From Hemiscyllium ocellatum (taxonomy: Eukaryota): 64,000 nt of DNA. The translations under genes and the position numbers were made by a program. This document shows positions 61,576 to 64,000 of this stretch, in pieces; within the stretch, counting starts at the first letter, position 1; every line of letters begins with the position of its first letter. Below the pieces are notes generated by a model. The model worked only from the letters and a program-made list of their open reading frames with translations, was not told the DNA's origin and did not search any database. Location of the stretch: positions 66,154,001 through 66,218,000 of the forward strand of contig NC_083413.1 of NCBI RefSeq assembly GCF_020745735.1, read 5' to 3'.

Positions 61576-64000
61576 ATTTCAGACGGTATTTAAGACTCGT
61601 GGGCATTGGTCTGTCTGGAGATTCATGTAGATTAGACTGAGTAATTTCCTCCAGATTTCTTCCCTGGGGGACAATAATTAACCAAGAGCTTTTTTTTAAG
61701 AAACAACAATCTGTTTGTTTCAGAATCATTCTTCAAACTAGCATTTTATTCTCGGTATATCAATTAATTATATTCAAATACTCTTTTTGACAACAAGAAC
61801 AGATACCTTCTCACTGTGCTATTCCTCCTGTATTCAGACTTCACTGAAGTTTGGGCATTTTATTCAGCTTCTTTGGAGAGAGTCTGCTGTGGGAACCTGC
61901 CAATAGCAGAATTCCTTCCTCAGAGACAGAAAGTTATGGAATTTATTTCCAATCCAGACAGTCCGAGAGAGCAGGGATGAGAAATAATCTGTGAATACTA
62001 GGACTGAGATCCAGAGGGTAACGTGCATTCCATGGACCCACTCCTCAGTGTCCCACCCCAAGCAGGAGGAACACAGCTTATGAAAGGAGTGACAGCAGTA
62101 GCATCCCAGTGCCTGTTAGCAATTGGTTGGTGACACCCCCCTTCCCCTGTACCTAGTTAATCCTACAGGGTTTGGATACAATTTAATGGATTATCGTATG
62201 CAAATTAATTAGCAAGAAGTGACAATATTTGACATAAATGTGAAACCTCTAGTCCTACATCCTCCCACAAGGCAAACAACTTTGCGACATCAAGCTCCCA
62301 CAGAATCTTCTATGTTTCATTAAGTCACTTTTATTCTTCCAAACTCCAAATGATAGACCTGGCCAGTTTAATCTTACTTTACATGACACCTCACTAATTC
62401 TATTGCTAGCCTCATAAACCTTCACTGAATTGCTTTTGATGCATTTTGATCCTTCCCTGAATGAACCCAATTCTCCATGCTGCATTCCAGATGGTCTCAC
62501 CATGCCTTGTATAATGGAAAAATAAGCTGCTACTGTAGTATTCAATTCCCCTCACAACATACAATAACATTCTTACCTACCTATTTGCTCTACCTTGAAA
62601 TGATCACAGTCGATCAACCTTATGAACTTTTAGTTATGACTTTTATTACAGAAAAAGATACAGCTAAAAGTTTACTGTGCATGTAAATTCAGTGGCTTTC
62701 TGTATATTTTAGGTGGGGCGGGGGTGGGGGAGATGTGGTGTGAAGTAGGCTTCAAAGAGATGGACTTAAGAGGGAGAAACACACAATGAAGTGAATGATA
62801 ATCTCCCAGAGTCATCTCAGACTGCAAACATGATGGGGAAGAAAGTAGTCAGGGTGAGAGACATGTTTTGCATCTTCCCCTGTCGAGAATACATGAGAAC
62901 AGGGGTTAAAAGCCAATTTGAGCTTGCATTGTGTATTAGCAGGAAAAGATATGCTATTGAGCGAAGGTACGCATATATTAGCGTAGGTGCAAGTGCTGGT
63001 ACACTGTGTAACCACCATTAGTCACCTCCATGCTGCAGGTAAAGGACTTTCACTGAGTTCTAGAAGTCAGCTAGCCAATCAAAAGGAAACAGGACACAGG
63101 GATTCTCTCATCCTGGGACCTGCCAGCCAGAATAGAAGCAGGAAAAAATAATTTCTTGCTTGAAAAAATAACCTTACGACCAAGGGGACTGAATAAGGAA
63201 GTGGAGCCAGATCATCCACCTTCATCCAGGAGCTTGATGATTTGGTATATCAATGCCTGTTTGGGGTCTGCTCATAACCTGCGCACTAACCTTTCATGAT
63301 TCATGCACTAGCGAACCCAGTTTCATACCTCTGCAAGCTCTCACCCTTCTTCCTGCTAAAATGGACAATTTCACATTTTCCCACATTATATTCAACTCAC
63401 CAGATCTTTACTTATTTAACCTATCTATATCCCTTTTTAGCCTATTTGTCCTTTTAACAACTTACAGCCATACCTTCAGTCCCTTCATCCAAGTCAGTTC
63501 TATATATTACATCAAACTAGAGTGCCTGTGCTGTGGCACACCACTCATTACATTCTGTCAACTTGAAAACAAATCTGTCTATGCCTTTTTCCGATTAGCC
63601 AGTTAATATGCTACACCCTATATAATTTGATTGATATAGGTTGCCATACATTTCTGTAAGACGATAGCTGATCTGTTATGGTCCCAACTTCACGTTTCTG
63701 CCTGTATCCTATAACTTGCTTGTAAATCAAAAGTTTGAGTATATTCAAAGTTATATTAGGAAATCATCCAGTCTCCACTGCTATCTGTAAAAGTGAATTC
63801 AAAAGGCTAAATAACCCTTAATGTCTTAAATAGAAAATCTCTTATTTTTGATCATATATATTCTTGATAAATGAGCATTTAGATGTTGGCTTGCTGCTAA
63901 TGGAAACTTGGAACCATAATAAGTATATTAAATAGTAAAATCAAGTAAATAAATATTTCTGCAGAGGGGGAAATTGATAAGTCAGATTGTTTGAAATAAC

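Noticed and set aside
55932-64000. Upstream COPS9 exons or OTOS inside the window
   Set aside because: I found no sequence encoding [24 protein letters not shown] or an otospiralin motif by eye; they probably lie beyond 64000.

Overview
Repeat-dense intronic/intergenic DNA from a cartilaginous fish (shark-type HE1/V-SINEs, CR1 LINEs, Penelope elements); not prokaryotic. The main feature is a spliced minus-strand gene that the ORF track largely misses because its last visible exon runs off the left edge without a stop. Four coding exons (18952-19024, 14613-14657, 8855-9006, <1-2417) join in frame into a secreted pre-pro-protein of at least 895 aa: signal peptide, furin site RSKR, a short conserved aromatic domain, then about 37 C-D-P-x-x-D-P-x-C-type motifs. 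This is the signature of actinodin, the fin-fibre (actinotrichia/ceratotrichia, elastoidin) protein. The repeat region is greatly expanded by two young coding minisatellites (45 bp and 75 bp units). The N-terminal domain aligns without gaps to both augurin/ECRG4 and otospiralin (sequences recalled from memory). The last exon of COPS9, whose neighbour in human is OTOS, lies about 37 kb upstream of the actinodin start codon on the same strand. Together these suggest an actinodin/otospiralin/augurin family. The rest is transposon debris, including a near-perfect 711-bp-arm Penelope palindrome with hammerhead ribozyme cores inside an actinodin intron, two near-full-length CR1 copies, and a four-level nested insertion. 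Transposon boundaries are approximate unless a target-site duplication (TSD) is given.
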